Positions 1-11,098 of a stretch of DNA of 64,000 nucleotides are shown here, one piece after another (position 1 is the stretch's first letter; every line of letters starts with the position of its first letter). The stretch spans positions 2,732 to 66,731 of the forward strand of contig CAVOYE010000016.1 in the NCBI GenBank assembly GCA_963700595.1, read 5' to 3'. The notes beneath the pieces were generated by a model, which did no database searches, had not been told where the DNA came from, and was given only the letters and a program-made list of their open reading frames with translations. A program made the position numbers and the translations under genes. The DNA is from an uncultured Chloroflexia bacterium (GTDB taxonomy: Bacteria > Chloroflexota > Anaerolineae > B4-G1 > SLSP01).

Positions 1-447
1 AATGCCGGCAGCGCTTTTGTGAATTCCGTTATTGCTTTTCTCTTACACGGCATGCCTGCAGCTGATGCAGTCAACCAAGCTCTGCGTGAGGTTGACATGC
101 CAAAGGATCTATATGATGCCATTTCACAGGCTCCCAGCCAATCGCGTTCAGAATTGCCAAACTCGGGTTGGGTTCGACATACAGTAGAAAGTGCCGTGTG
201 GGGACTCCTGACAACAGATAATTTCGAAAGTGCCGTCACACAAGTGGTCAACCTGGGCAACGATGCGGATACGGCTGGAGCGGTAGTGGGCGCAATGGCA
301 GGCGCAGCCTACGGGTTTAAATCTATTCCTCAACGCTGGCATACCCTATTGAAAGGGGAATTTCCTATCTGCAGCGGAAAGCTGTGGCGTGCAGTTGATT
401 TAATTCAGCTTGCCCTTATCCTGGCGGAGGTTGATACGCAGACATAA
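1..447 (+). CDS. ADP-ribosylglycohydrolase family protein (3' part; 5' end outside window)
   Basis: The frame is open from base 1. The C-terminal region GNDADTAGAVVGAMAGAAYG is typical of the DraG/ARH family metal-binding segment. Stop codon at 445-447. Confidence 0.7.
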   Translation, partial: NAGSAFVNSVIAFLLHGMPAADAVNQALREVDMPKDLYDAISQAPSQSRSELPNSGWVRHTVESAVWGLLTTDNFESAVTQVVNLGNDADTAGAVVGAMAGAAYGFKSIPQRWHTLLKGEFPICSGKLWRAVDLIQLALILAEVDTQT

Positions 448-599
448 CTTTTTTAGATTTATGCTGATTGATGTTTATACGCAGAAACCCTTAGAAATTA
501 GCTTCTACACAGCATACTGGTAACGAATGGCTATGGTAAAACTTAAGCAATAGTGTAAAATTGTAAAGGCACAAAAAAAGCGAAGAAGAGGCGAATTGT

Positions 600-1616
600 A
601 TGTTATTTGAGAACGTGTGTATTGAAGGAATGGGCTATGTTATTCCCGATCGCGTCATTAAAACTTCCTGGATCGAAGAGCAATTGGCTCCCGTCTACAA
701 ACAAGTCGGCGCACCAGCAGGATTTATCGAACGCCTGACCGGGATTAAAGAACACCGGTGGTGGGACGATGGTGTATGGGTGTCCGATGGTGCTGCGATG
801 GCAGGAGAAGAGACCCTTAAGAAAACCAACATAGGGCGAGAAGAAATCCAATGCCTCATCAATGCCTCGGTATGCCGCGATTATATTGAACCCGCAACCG
901 CATCTATCGTACATCACAAGCTCAGGCTGCAGCCCACCGCGATGAGTTTTGATGTTGTAAATGCTTGCCTGGGTTTTCTGAATGGCATGGTCATTGTCGC
1001 TAATATGATAGAATTGGGACAGATTGACACAGGGATGGTCGTCGCCGCTGAAGATCCGAAGGAAGGACAACTTTCGACCATTGAACATATGCTGATAAAT
1101 GCGCCATCTCGCGATGATCTGCGTGATAATTTAGCATCCTTTACTCTTGGCGCAGCTTCCGTTGGCATAATTCTGCGGCACAAATCCAAATCCAAAACGG
1201 GTAAACGTTTGTTAGGTGGAACCACTTTCAGCAACACTGAGAACTGCCAGCTCTGTGTGGCGCAGAGTACCTGGATGCGCACCAAATCCACAGCCCTGCT
1301 GACTGAAGGGGCGAAAGTCGTTGTTAAAGCCTGGGATCATTTCCAGGAGAAATTTGGTTGGACCAATGCGATGGTCGACCGGTTATTCACACACCAGGTC
1401 AGCGAACCGCAGCGCAAAAGCGTTCTTAAAAAACTAAAGTTTGCACCGGGCATAGACTATCCTACTTTGGAATACCTGGGCAATACAGCCTCGGTAGCAG
1501 CACCCATTTCCATGGCGATCGGCATTGACAATGGTGTGGTTCACGATGGGGATAAAGTCGTCCTGTTTGGTGTAGGCAGCGGGATTAACAGCATCGTCCT
1601 CGGCATCCAATGGTAA
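600..1616 (+). CDS. oleA: FabH-like thiolase, OleA-type (head-to-head acyl-CoA condensing enzyme)
   Basis: 338 aa KAS-III/thiolase-fold protein (NACLGF active-site Cys region, C-terminal GVGSG). It is followed directly by oleB, oleC and oleD homologs in canonical order. Confidence 0.75.
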   Translation: MLFENVCIEGMGYVIPDRVIKTSWIEEQLAPVYKQVGAPAGFIERLTGIKEHRWWDDGVWVSDGAAMAGEETLKKTNIGREEIQCLINASVCRDYIEPATASIVHHKLRLQPTAMSFDVVNACLGFLNGMVIVANMIELGQIDTGMVVAAEDPKEGQLSTIEHMLINAPSRDDLRDNLASFTLGAASVGIILRHKSKSKTGKRLLGGTTFSNTENCQLCVAQSTWMRTKSTALLTEGAKVVVKAWDHFQEKFGWTNAMVDRLFTHQVSEPQRKSVLKKLKFAPGIDYPTLEYLGNTASVAAPISMAIGIDNGVVHDGDKVVLFGVGSGINSIVLGIQW

Positions 1617-1644
1617 TGACTAATCCAGTGCTGTAGAAGTAAAG

Positions 1645-2532
1645 ATGAAATCAAGCTACAGGTCGCTTTATCCGTTCAACTCACATTGGTTGGAAATGGA
1701 GGGTAACCGTTTACACTACCTGGATGAAGGACCTCGCGACGGACCCGTCGTTGTCATGAGCCATGGCAATCCAACCTGGTCCTTCTATTACCGCACATTG
1801 ATCCCGGAAATCAGCCAGACATGGCGGGTCATTGTTCCTGATCACATGGGATGCGGGTTATCGGATAAACCACAACATTATACCTATACCCTGGAGCAGC
1901 ATATTCAAAATCTGGAAAAGCTGATTGCCCATCTGGATGTACAGAATGTGCACATGGTGCTTCACGATTGGGGCGGTGGTATCGGTATGGGATACGCAAC
2001 CCGCCATCCAGACAATGTCGCCAGTTTTGTTGTCTTCAACACCGCTGCTTTTTATCTCCCTGCCATTCCTGTCGTACTGAAGCTAGCACGCAGTCCGGGA
2101 CTTGGTGATTTTATGCTGCGGGGACTCAACCTTTTTGCCGGCCTGGCGGTATGGTTAGCGGTCAAAAAGCACCGGAGAATGACGGCGCAAGTCCGCTCTG
2201 GATACCTGGCACCTTATAATTCCTGGCACAACCGCATCGCGATCTTGCGCTTTGTGCAGGATATTCCCATTTCACCAACACACCCCACCCGGGCAACGGT
2301 AGATGCCATTGACACCCGTTTGCACTTGCTGCGAAACCACCCTATGCTTATACTCTGGGGAGAGGGCGATTTTATTTTCACAGTCAGGGATTTCCTGGCT
2401 GGTTGGCAGAAACGCTTTCCTGAAGCTGAAGTTCATATTCTCAAAAACGCAGGACATTATGTTGTCGAAGATGCTTATGAGACCATTCTGCCCTTGATGA
2501 AGAAATTCCTGACGGATGTAATAATTGGGTAA
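1645..2532 (+). CDS. oleB: alpha/beta hydrolase, haloalkane-dehalogenase-like (OleB-type beta-lactone decarboxylase)
   Basis: 295 aa with HGNPTWSFYYR and HDWGGGIG motifs of the HLD-like alpha/beta hydrolases. Lies between the oleA and oleC homologs. Confidence 0.75.
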   Translation: MKSSYRSLYPFNSHWLEMEGNRLHYLDEGPRDGPVVVMSHGNPTWSFYYRTLIPEISQTWRVIVPDHMGCGLSDKPQHYTYTLEQHIQNLEKLIAHLDVQNVHMVLHDWGGGIGMGYATRHPDNVASFVVFNTAAFYLPAIPVVLKLARSPGLGDFMLRGLNLFAGLAVWLAVKKHRRMTAQVRSGYLAPYNSWHNRIAILRFVQDIPISPTHPTRATVDAIDTRLHLLRNHPMLILWGEGDFIFTVRDFLAGWQKRFPEAEVHILKNAGHYVVEDAYETILPLMKKFLTDVIIG

Positions 2533-2677
2533 AAAAATAGCGCATTTCTCCTTCAGATAGCAGGTCAGTAAACAGGTACCCGAAAGACTCATTCCACATA
2601 ATGCATACGTGTATGGATCAGAACAACTATACAATTCGCTAAATAGCCAAACATGTTACATAAGAGATGATACTAAT

Positions 2678-4544
2678 ATGACAGACCGGTACAACATCGC
2701 CAAAGCACTTGCCGACATGGCTACTTCAACCCCCTACCAGCCCGGGGTTGTCTTCCCGGCGGGTCGCGAACCAAACGGTCGCGGGAAAACGACACAGATA
2801 AGTTTTCTGCAACTTAACAGTGAGTGCGATCGATATGCGCATGGATTGTCTGAACTAGGCATATCTATGAACGACCATGTCCTGCTTTTGCTGCATCCCA
2901 CAGCGGAGTTAATCGCAGTTGTCTTCGCATTATGCAAGATAGGCGCTGTGCCGGTACTCATCGACCCCGGTATGGGACGCAAAGCATTCTTACAGTGCGT
3001 TTCAGAGGTAGAAGCTAATGCTTTCATTGGCATCCCTTCTGCACACCTGCTCCGCAGGTTGATGCCCAAAGCCTTTCACACTGTCAAACACAGCATCATT
3101 TCAGGTGGACCCGGGTTCCTTGCAGATATAACATTGAAAAACGTCCGATCTGAGAATTCCGCTGTTTTCCCGATAGCACCAACGACTACAGACAGCAAAG
3201 CCGCCATCGCTTTCACCTCCGGCAGTACAGGCGTGCCCAAAGGTGTGGTCTATCAGCACGGAATGTTTCAAGCCCAGATCAGGCTGCTGCGCGATGCCAT
3301 TGGGATTGAAGCTGGTGAGGTAGACCTGGCTTTGCTCTATGTCTTCGCCCTGTTCAATCCGGCATTGGGTGTAACAACTATTTTTCCGGATATGGACCCT
3401 ACCAAATCCGCTGAAATTAATCCTGCCTACGTTGTGGAATCCATACAGGTTCACGGCGTGACCAATGCTTTTGGTTCCCCAACAATTTGGAAACGCGTTG
3501 CCCCCTATTGCGCTGAAAACGACATTCGTCTGCCCACGTTGAAACGGGTCATCATGGCTGGCGCGCCGGTACCACCCGACTTAATCAGCACCATGTATAA
3601 CCAAGTCCTGGCGCCAGGTGCGAAGGTCATCACGCCATATGGCGCCACCGAAGCTATGCCGTTAACGCTTATAGATGGACATGAGATTCTAGAAAATACG
3701 GCTGCCCTCACCGAAAACGGAAAAGGGATGTGCGTAGGCAAACCCTTGCCAGGTATTACCCTGAAAGTCATAAAAGCCAACGATGAAGCTATCCCCGTAT
3801 GGGATAACAACCTGGAGCTCAATCCCGGTGACATAGGTGAAATTGTTGTCAAAGGTCCGATGGTCACCCAAACCTACCTCAACCGTCCCAGACAAACCGC
3901 ACTGGCAAAAATTACTGAAGGGGATGCGGTTTGGCACCGGATGGGTGATGTTGGATACTTTGATAATCAGGGACGATTGTGGTTTTGTGGACGTAAGAAA
4001 CACCGTGTCTTCACCGAACAGGGCATCCTGTACCCCGTCCAATGCGAGACGATCTTTAACCGCCACCCCGATGTCTTCCGGTCAGCGGTTGTCGGTGTGG
4101 GCAATACCGGTATCTCAGCGTCCCATCCTGATCGTTGAATGCAAAGAAAAACATTACCCCACCAACCTGCTGGACCAACAACGTATGACCAGAGAGTTAT
4201 TGGCACTTGGCGTAGAATACTCGCACACACGTCATATTCAGGACATCCTTTTCTTTGATGGCAGCTTCCCCACTGACGTACGGCATAATGTCAAGATACA
4301 ACGTGAAAAATTAGCTGTATGGGCAGGGGATCAATTGCATCTCCCGCAGTCACCAGACAGCCCACTGAATCGGCGCCAGACTCAAGACTCCGCGACCTCA
4401 TATACCGGAAAGCGCAATTCAGGAATCCTACCCGCCGCACTCGGGGCACTAAGCCTGATGGTGGGCATTGTCGCGTCCGTCGTGTTGCTACGCAAACGGC
4501 GTAAACCCAACAGCGAGACACCTGCTTCAACCGAGATAAAATGA
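2678..4544 (+). pseudogene. oleC: AMP-dependent synthetase/ligase, OleC-type beta-lactone synthetase; apparent +1 frame break at 4112-4115
   Basis: Adenylate-forming motifs FTSGSTGVPKG and YGATE are present. Frame 2 stops at 4138 (..VGVGNTGISASHPDR*). Homology continues in frame 0 (QRPILIVECKEK..NVKIQREKLAVWA) to 4544. The probable start is the ATG at 2678 (MTDRYNIAKAL). The 3' end overlaps the oleD start (ATGA). Confidence 0.75.
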
Positions 4545-5554
4545 AAGCCCTGGTTACGGGAGGTGGTGGGTTCCTGGGGCGCGCAATTGTCGATCAACTG
4601 CTGCAGCGTGGGGACAGGGTTACCGTCTTCGCTCGGGGAGCCTATCCTGACTTAGAGAAAATCGGCGCGCACCTCATTCAAGGTGATATCCGGGATTTAG
4701 GGGCAATCACAACGGCATGTAAGGGAATAGACACGGTTTTCCACGTGGCAGCTAAAGCTGGTTTGTGGGGTGATTGGGACGGTTTCTATAACGTCAACGT
4801 CACTGGCACAGAAAACGTGATCACCGCTTGCCGTACAAACGATGTCCCCCGCCTGATCTACACCAGCTCACCAAGTGTCATCTTCGACGGCAAAGACCAA
4901 TGTGGAGTCGACGAATCCTATCCATACCCCACGCATTATGAGAACGCTTACCCACACACAAAAGCCATGGGAGAACAACGCATCCTGGAAGCAAATGACC
5001 GTAACATCCTCACCACCTCGCTACGCCCCCATCTGATATTTGGACCAGGTGACAACCACCTGATTCCCAGCCTGTTAGCACGTGCGCGTGAGGGTAAAGT
5101 ACCGCAGATCGGAGATGGAACCAATAAGGTAGATTTGACTTACGTCGAGGATGCTGCTCGGGCGCATCTGCTGGCAGCGGATGCACTTCATCCTGATTCA
5201 CCAGTCGCCGGGTCAACCTACTTTATCAGCCAGGATGCGCCGGTAGTCTTGTGGTCGTGGATAAACAATTTACTTTCTGCTTTAGAAATCCAACCTATCC
5301 GCATGAAGCTCCCTCTCTGGCTGGCAAGGGCTGCCGGCGCATGTCTGGTAGCTGTGCACCACGGTTTTCATCTGCGTGGTGAACCTCGCATCACACCTTT
5401 TCTGGCAAGCGAATTAGCACAGAACCATTATTATGATATCACCCGTGCTAAAACGGATTTCGGCTACTCTCCGACTCTGACGATGTCGCAAGCTACACAT
5501 AAAACCATCACCTGGTTAAAAACCAGGAACGGTGCTGGATTCAACGGCTATTAG
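4541..5554 (+). CDS. oleD: NAD(P)-dependent 3-beta-hydroxysteroid dehydrogenase/epimerase family reductase (OleD-type)
   Basis: 337 aa with the Rossmann motif VTGGGGFLG and a YxxxK segment (YPHTK). Last gene of the ole arrangement. Confidence 0.75.
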   Translation: MKALVTGGGGFLGRAIVDQLLQRGDRVTVFARGAYPDLEKIGAHLIQGDIRDLGAITTACKGIDTVFHVAAKAGLWGDWDGFYNVNVTGTENVITACRTNDVPRLIYTSSPSVIFDGKDQCGVDESYPYPTHYENAYPHTKAMGEQRILEANDRNILTTSLRPHLIFGPGDNHLIPSLLARAREGKVPQIGDGTNKVDLTYVEDAARAHLLAADALHPDSPVAGSTYFISQDAPVVLWSWINNLLSALEIQPIRMKLPLWLARAAGACLVAVHHGFHLRGEPRITPFLASELAQNHYYDITRAKTDFGYSPTLTMSQATHKTITWLKTRNGAGFNGY

Positions 5555-5798
5555 TTGACATCCCTATGGTATTGCCTACAATATTCTTGTTTGCTTTGCC
5601 TATGTTCAAAATTATTCTAAACAGGATATCAGAAGGTGGTAAACGTCCCTAATGCGTCCTAGCAAAACCGATTGCAGCGGAGAGGAATCATCCACTCCCA
5701 GTTCTATACAGGTGAGTCATCTTGATAGGTATACCGTGCACCGTTTGTCCCTGAATCGAGGTTATCTCTGACATAATCTCAAATGCTTGTCTAAACTA

Positions 5799-5836
5799 AA
5801 CAGGGCTACAGCGTGTGTTGTAGCCCTGTTTGTTTG
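5799..5836 (+). terminator. intrinsic-terminator-like hairpin inside the mgtE leader (candidate attenuator)
   Basis: A perfect 12-bp stem (aacagggctaca 5799-5810 / tgtagccctgtt 5819-5830) with an 8-nt loop, followed by tgtttg. It lies 67 nt upstream of the mgtE ATG and 245 nt downstream of the oleD stop. Confidence 0.5.
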
Positions 5837-5902
5837 CCGGTAGCATACATAATACAACAGGGCAATTCTAAACTATTTAAACATTATCGTAAGGAGAGCG
5901 CT

Positions 5903-7267
5903 ATGAGCAACCAGGAAATACCACGCGACGAGTGGGTTGACATGCTCTATACCCGTATCAATGAACTTATTGATCCGGGAGAAGTTCGCAAAGCTCAAAT
6001 CATATTACAAGCCTTATCCCCTGTTGAGCAGGCTGATATTTTCAGTGACCTGTCAGAAGATGAGCAAAAACAAATTATCCGAGGTTTACCCATCGAGGAC
6101 GTCGCGGATATCCTGGAAAAACTGGAGGATGAAGAAGCGACTGAGATAGCTCATTGGCTCTCACCAGAACGCCTGGCAGATATCCTGGATGAGATGGAGC
6201 CGGATGAAGCCGCAGACTTACTGGGTGACATGGATTCCAGGGAAGCGGTGCAGGTCTTGAACCTGATGGAATCCTTTGAAGAAATAAGCCCCCTCCTTTT
6301 ACACCCGGACGAGACTGCTGGTGGTCTGATGACATCGGAATATCTCGCACTGGGCGGTCAGATGTGGGCTAACCGGGCAGTCGAGGCAATACGCCAATGG
6401 GATACGGACCGTGATTTCCTTTATTATTTTGTGGTCGATAAAGATGGCGTCCTGATCGGTATTGTAAGCTTGTTGCGGTTACTGAAAGCTGGCGAGAAAG
6501 TAACTATCGACACTTTAATGAATCGAAATTATATCACAGCGACTACGGATGCGGACCAGGAAGAATGCGCGCAATTGATGAGCCGTTATGACCTCACAGC
6601 CCTGCCGGTTGTTGACGAAGGCAACCATTTGGTGGGTGTAATCACGATTGATGATATTATCGATGTGTTGGAAGATGAAGCGACTGAAGATATCCAGCGC
6701 TTGGGTGGTTCTGTCCCACTGGATAAACCCTATCTTTTGACTTCTGCTTGGGAAGTTACCCGCAGGCGCATTGGGTGGTTATTGATGCTTTTTCTTACTG
6801 GGATGTTTACCAGCAACGTCCTTGAATTCTTTTCCGGGACATTAGAAAAAATGGTAACTTTGTCATTTTTCATTCCACTACTTATCGGTACTGGGGGTAA
6901 TGCTGGTTCGCAGACAACATCCACCATCATCCGGGCACTGGGTGTTGGTGAAGTTGAAAGGAAAGATATCTGGAAAGTCCTCTGGCATGAATTGCAGGTA
7001 GGGTTATTACTCGGGACCCTGGTGGGGGTCGCCGGATTTCTCCGTGCATGGACTTTTGATGGCAATATGTTATTGGGGATAACAATAGGGCTTGCAGTTG
7101 GTATTATAGTTTTTTGGTCCAGTTCGGTTGGTTCGATTCTCCCATTATTCGCCTCACTTATTGGTGCAGATCCCGCATTGATTTCCGGTCCCTTAATGAG
7201 CACGCTGGTTGATGCGACGGGTTTGTTTATCTACCTGTCTGTTGCTCGGTGGATTCTGAGAGTATAA
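5903..7267 (+). CDS. mgtE: magnesium transporter MgtE
   Basis: Acidic N-domain, tandem CBS domains and a C-terminal MgtE membrane domain (GGNAGSQT). ATG at 5903 is preceded by aaggagag. Confidence 0.9.
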   Translation: MSNQEIPRDEWVDMLYTRINELIDPGEVRKAQIILQALSPVEQADIFSDLSEDEQKQIIRGLPIEDVADILEKLEDEEATEIAHWLSPERLADILDEMEPDEAADLLGDMDSREAVQVLNLMESFEEISPLLLHPDETAGGLMTSEYLALGGQMWANRAVEAIRQWDTDRDFLYYFVVDKDGVLIGIVSLLRLLKAGEKVTIDTLMNRNYITATTDADQEECAQLMSRYDLTALPVVDEGNHLVGVITIDDIIDVLEDEATEDIQRLGGSVPLDKPYLLTSAWEVTRRRIGWLLMLFLTGMFTSNVLEFFSGTLEKMVTLSFFIPLLIGTGGNAGSQTTSTIIRALGVGEVERKDIWKVLWHELQVGLLLGTLVGVAGFLRAWTFDGNMLLGITIGLAVGIIVFWSSSVGSILPLFASLIGADPALISGPLMSTLVDATGLFIYLSVARWILRV

Positions 7268-7281
7268 CCTGGGTAGATTTT

Positions 7282-9851
7282 ATGCTAAAAAAATGGTTAA
7301 CCGAAATAAAAGGTTACTTAAACCTTATCAGTGTCAGAGCAGCAGGTGATGCAGCTGTTTACACAGTGGTCAAGCCGATTGATGAAATAACGTGGAATAA
7401 AAATGGGACAAAGCGTAAAGCCATATCCAGAATAGCTGCGTTGGCACACACCCTTATACCTTCATCGACCGGTATGAACCTTCACTGGCAGACACCCGGT
7501 CAAGTAAAGGCAATTACTATAACAGAACGCGGTGGGGTATTCACTTCTGAAAATGGATGGCTTGAAGTCGTTTTTTATGATAGTGATATCGTAGAAGTTC
7601 ATCACAGCCAAAATGCCCCACCCTACCGGAACACATCCTACGCCGTAACTAAAACGGTTGACGCTTGGCAATGTCCGGTGATAGCCCATAGTCAACTGGC
7701 AGATGCCTTTGTTTTTATCACAGAAGACTTGATCGTGCTTGTTCGACTGGCTGAAACGTATGTCATAATCGCAGATGCGCACAGCACACCTTTACGCGTG
7801 GATATTGATATGGGATACGCACGAGATGGTTCAGTAAGACACCGTACTGTACTTGGTCGCTCTGAGCGCATCTATGGTTTAGGGGAACGCGCGACAGCTT
7901 TGAACCGCCGGGGACGCAGCCATATCCTTTGGAACACCGATCCAAAAGGCTACCAGGTTGGGGATGACCCACTCTATCTCAATATTCCGGTTTATATCGC
8001 AATGCGAGAACAGGATGGGCACCCGACGCCTGCCTTTTTAGTCTTTTATGATAACCCTGCCTATGCCACCTTTGATCTTGGTGAATCCGCACATAATGTT
8101 GCCAGCCACCACTTTGCGGATGGGGAACTTCGTTACTTTTTTATCGCTGGTTCAATTCCGCACCTTATTAGTCGATACACAGAATTGACGGGTCGTCACA
8201 ACCTTGTGCCGTTATGGATGCTGGGTTACCATCAAAGCCGCTGGTCATATGATTCTGAACAACGCCTCCGTACGTTAGCCGGTGATTTCTTGAAGCACAA
8301 CGTCCCGTGTGACGCGTTCTACCTTGATATCGACGTGATGGAAGATTTTAAGGTTTTCACATACGACAAAAGGCGATTTCCAAATCTTCCCGAACTGGCA
8401 AATGATTTGAAAAACCAGGGCATAAAACTCGTCAGCATTGTCGATCCCGGAATTAAAAAGGATACAACTTTTGACCTGTATCGCAGCGGACTGGAAAATC
8501 ACCTTTTTTGTACAAAACCCGATGGGCAAGTATATTATGCGCCGGTATGGGGTGGACAAAGCGCATTTCCAGACTTCACACTGGCTGCGGTACGGGCATG
8601 GTGGGGCGCACAATACCAACGCCTGAGCGAAAAAGGGATCACCGGTTTCTGGATTGATATGAACGAACCCGCTGCGTTTCTGATGTTTGGGGACCCGACA
8701 TTACCCGGCTTCGTTCGCCACGGTTTGGAAGGGAGAAAGGGCAACCATGATGAAGTCCATAATGTCTACGGATTGCTTATGGCGCAAGCCACCTGGGAAG
8801 GCTTGCGTATGCTGCAGGAGGATAAACGCCCTGTCATCATCACCCGATCCGGGTGGGCAGGTGTCCAACGCTACGCCACATCATGGACCGGCGATAATCA
8901 GAGCACTTGGTCATCCCTCAAACTGAGTATAGCCATGGTCATCAATCTGGGGCTTTCAGGTGTGGGGTTTACCGGTGCGGATATTGGAGGGTTTACCGGC
9001 GAACCCGATGGTGAATTATTTACCCGTTGGACCCAGATGGCAGTCTTCATGCCGTTTTTCCGCTCGCATACAGCAAAAGGTTATCCTGATCAGGAACCGT
9101 GGACGTATGGCGAACCCTTTCTCAGCATCGTCAGGCGATTCATCGAACTGCGTTACGAACTGCTGCCTTATCTCTATACTGCGGTGTGGCAGATGCATAC
9201 ATTTGGCTGGCCGGTTGTGCGCCCTTTATGGTGGGATGGCGATAACGCATCGACCTTACATGAAGCAGACGACGCATTTTTGTGCGGTGACAAGCTGCTG
9301 ATTGCGCCCGTCACTTCGCCCAACACCACGGAACGGTTTGTGGTCCTCCCAGCAGGAGCCTGGTACAACTTCTGGGATAACACAGTTTATACCGGCAACC
9401 AAACCATACAATCATACGCACCAGTGGAAATCATGCCAATTTTCGTACGTGCAGGCACAGTCCTGACCCGGGGGGAAATTGGCGCAAGTGTGGAACAGCG
9501 TGCTGACAAAGTTTTTACGGTTGAGTCTATATCCCTTATTGGATACAGGATCTGTCCACGACCCACCTGTATGAAGATGCCGGCGACGGATTCGCTTACC
9601 TGAACGGTGAATACTGCCGCAGTATTTTCACCATGGTAAGATACAATGAAAAACTTACTATAACATGGCAGCGCTATGGCGATTACGTTCCCGAATACGA
9701 ACATATCGAACTCACCATGAACGGTATCCAGAGAATCCCTCGTTCGATCCTCGTAGATGGTGTCGAATTCCGGATCATAGCAGCGGACCCGATCAGAAAG
9801 ACTGCACTGGCAGGTATACCGATTTTCGATTTGCTGGAAATACAATTATAA
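7282..9851 (+). pseudogene. glycoside hydrolase family 31 alpha-glucosidase; apparent frame break near 9519-9527
   Basis: GH31 signatures GFWIDMNEP and SWTGDN are present. The main frame ends at 9603. The conserved C-terminal beta-sandwich (..THLYEDAGDGFAYLNGEY..LTITW..) continues in another frame from about 9525 to the stop at 9851. Confidence 0.8.
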
Positions 9852-9866
9852 AAGTGAGTGTACTTT

Positions 9867-10475
9867 ATGATGCATGACAAACCGATAGCGATCAAAAATG
9901 GCTGGCAGCAGATTCAGACTGAGGTTAAATACAAACACCGCATGTTTGATATGCGAAAGGACCGGGTCAGGTTGCCAAACGGTACGGTCCATGACTTCAC
10001 TTATATTAAAAAACCGCCGGCGGTATTCGTGCTGCCGGTGACGCTTGCGCACGAATTAGTCCTGATCCGGCAATTCCGGTATGTTCCGGATATGTGGTTA
10101 TGGGAGATTCCAGCAGGTGGCAGCGATGACTTTGAGGGACAGGACTACAAAGCCCTTGTGCAGCGCGAATTGTTTGAGGAAATTGGTGGTCACGCGCAGG
10201 AAATTCTATCACTGGGCAAGATTTGGGGCGCCGCCGGAATTCTGGATCAAATCCTGAATGTGTATTTGGCCCTGGATGTGCGCCTTGAGCACGAGAATCA
10301 TCCTGAAAGCACTGAAGTGATTGAAGTCAAAGCCTTTCCAATCCAAAAAGCTCTGGATATTCTACGCCTGGGTCCAACCGATGCCCTGGCAGGCTATATT
10401 GCATTGAAACATGAAAAACTCCTTATGGACATCGCACAAGGATCATTCGAATCACAGAATGTCTCTACATATTGA
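9867..10475 (+). CDS. NUDIX hydrolase (ADP-ribose pyrophosphatase-like)
   Basis: Nudix box GGSDDFEGQDYKALVQRELFEEIG. Start placed at the ATG at 9867. Confidence 0.75.
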   Translation: MMHDKPIAIKNGWQQIQTEVKYKHRMFDMRKDRVRLPNGTVHDFTYIKKPPAVFVLPVTLAHELVLIRQFRYVPDMWLWEIPAGGSDDFEGQDYKALVQRELFEEIGGHAQEILSLGKIWGAAGILDQILNVYLALDVRLEHENHPESTEVIEVKAFPIQKALDILRLGPTDALAGYIALKHEKLLMDIAQGSFESQNVSTY

Positions 10476-10657
10476 AAAATAATGAGTGGGAAGCTTTGTA
10501 TACTGTAAATGAGGCACATTGACAGCCCGCATTCGCCTATATTTACATATCATTATATCATAGCGTTCATCAAGCCTGCCATTGCGTTAGCGCCTGCTGA
10601 TGCAATCAGATTGCCTGATTATTAAATTGGTTTACGTACTATCATCGGGAGGGACAG

Positions 10658-11095
10658 ATGGTTAAAAGGTTAAGCGTCATAGATGCAGATCGCTGCGTGG
10701 GCTGCCAGGCTTGTATGTTCGCATGCACGCGCCGCACGGGCTACGGTGGTTTGGACGCTTCCTGCATCCACGTCCATTCTGCCGGTGGTTTCCGCAAAGG
10801 ATTTGTCGTGATTGTATGCCGGGCGTGCCCGGATCCCCCGTGCGCCCGGGTATGTCCAACTGATGCATTGGTGCCCAGGGAAGGGGGAGGCGTTCACTTC
10901 CGCTCCAATCTTTGCATTGGCTGCCATAATTGTGAGGATGCTTGTCCTTTCGGCGCTGTATTGTGGGATATTTCACAGGATAAACCCCGTATCTGTGTCT
11001 ATTGCGGTTACTGCGCCGATTACTGTCCTTATGAAGTCATCGCCCTGGAAGATGTGGCTATGCATAGCATTCAACAAAGTGAAATGGAGTCATAG
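10658..11095 (+). CDS. 4Fe-4S dicluster ferredoxin-domain protein (AOR-associated)
   Basis: Several CxxCxxCxxxCP motifs. RBS gggaggg upstream. Only 3 nt separate it from the AOR gene. Confidence 0.8.
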   Translation: MVKRLSVIDADRCVGCQACMFACTRRTGYGGLDASCIHVHSAGGFRKGFVVIVCRACPDPPCARVCPTDALVPREGGGVHFRSNLCIGCHNCEDACPFGAVLWDISQDKPRICVYCGYCADYCPYEVIALEDVAMHSIQQSEMES

Positions 11096-11098
11096 ACA

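Noticed and set aside
10476-10657. Possible molybdenum/tungsten-cofactor (Moco) riboswitch upstream of the ferredoxin-AOR pair.
   Set aside because: I could not find the conserved Moco-motif core sequences or a convincing multi-stem fold. The region is AT-rich and looks like a plain promoter region.
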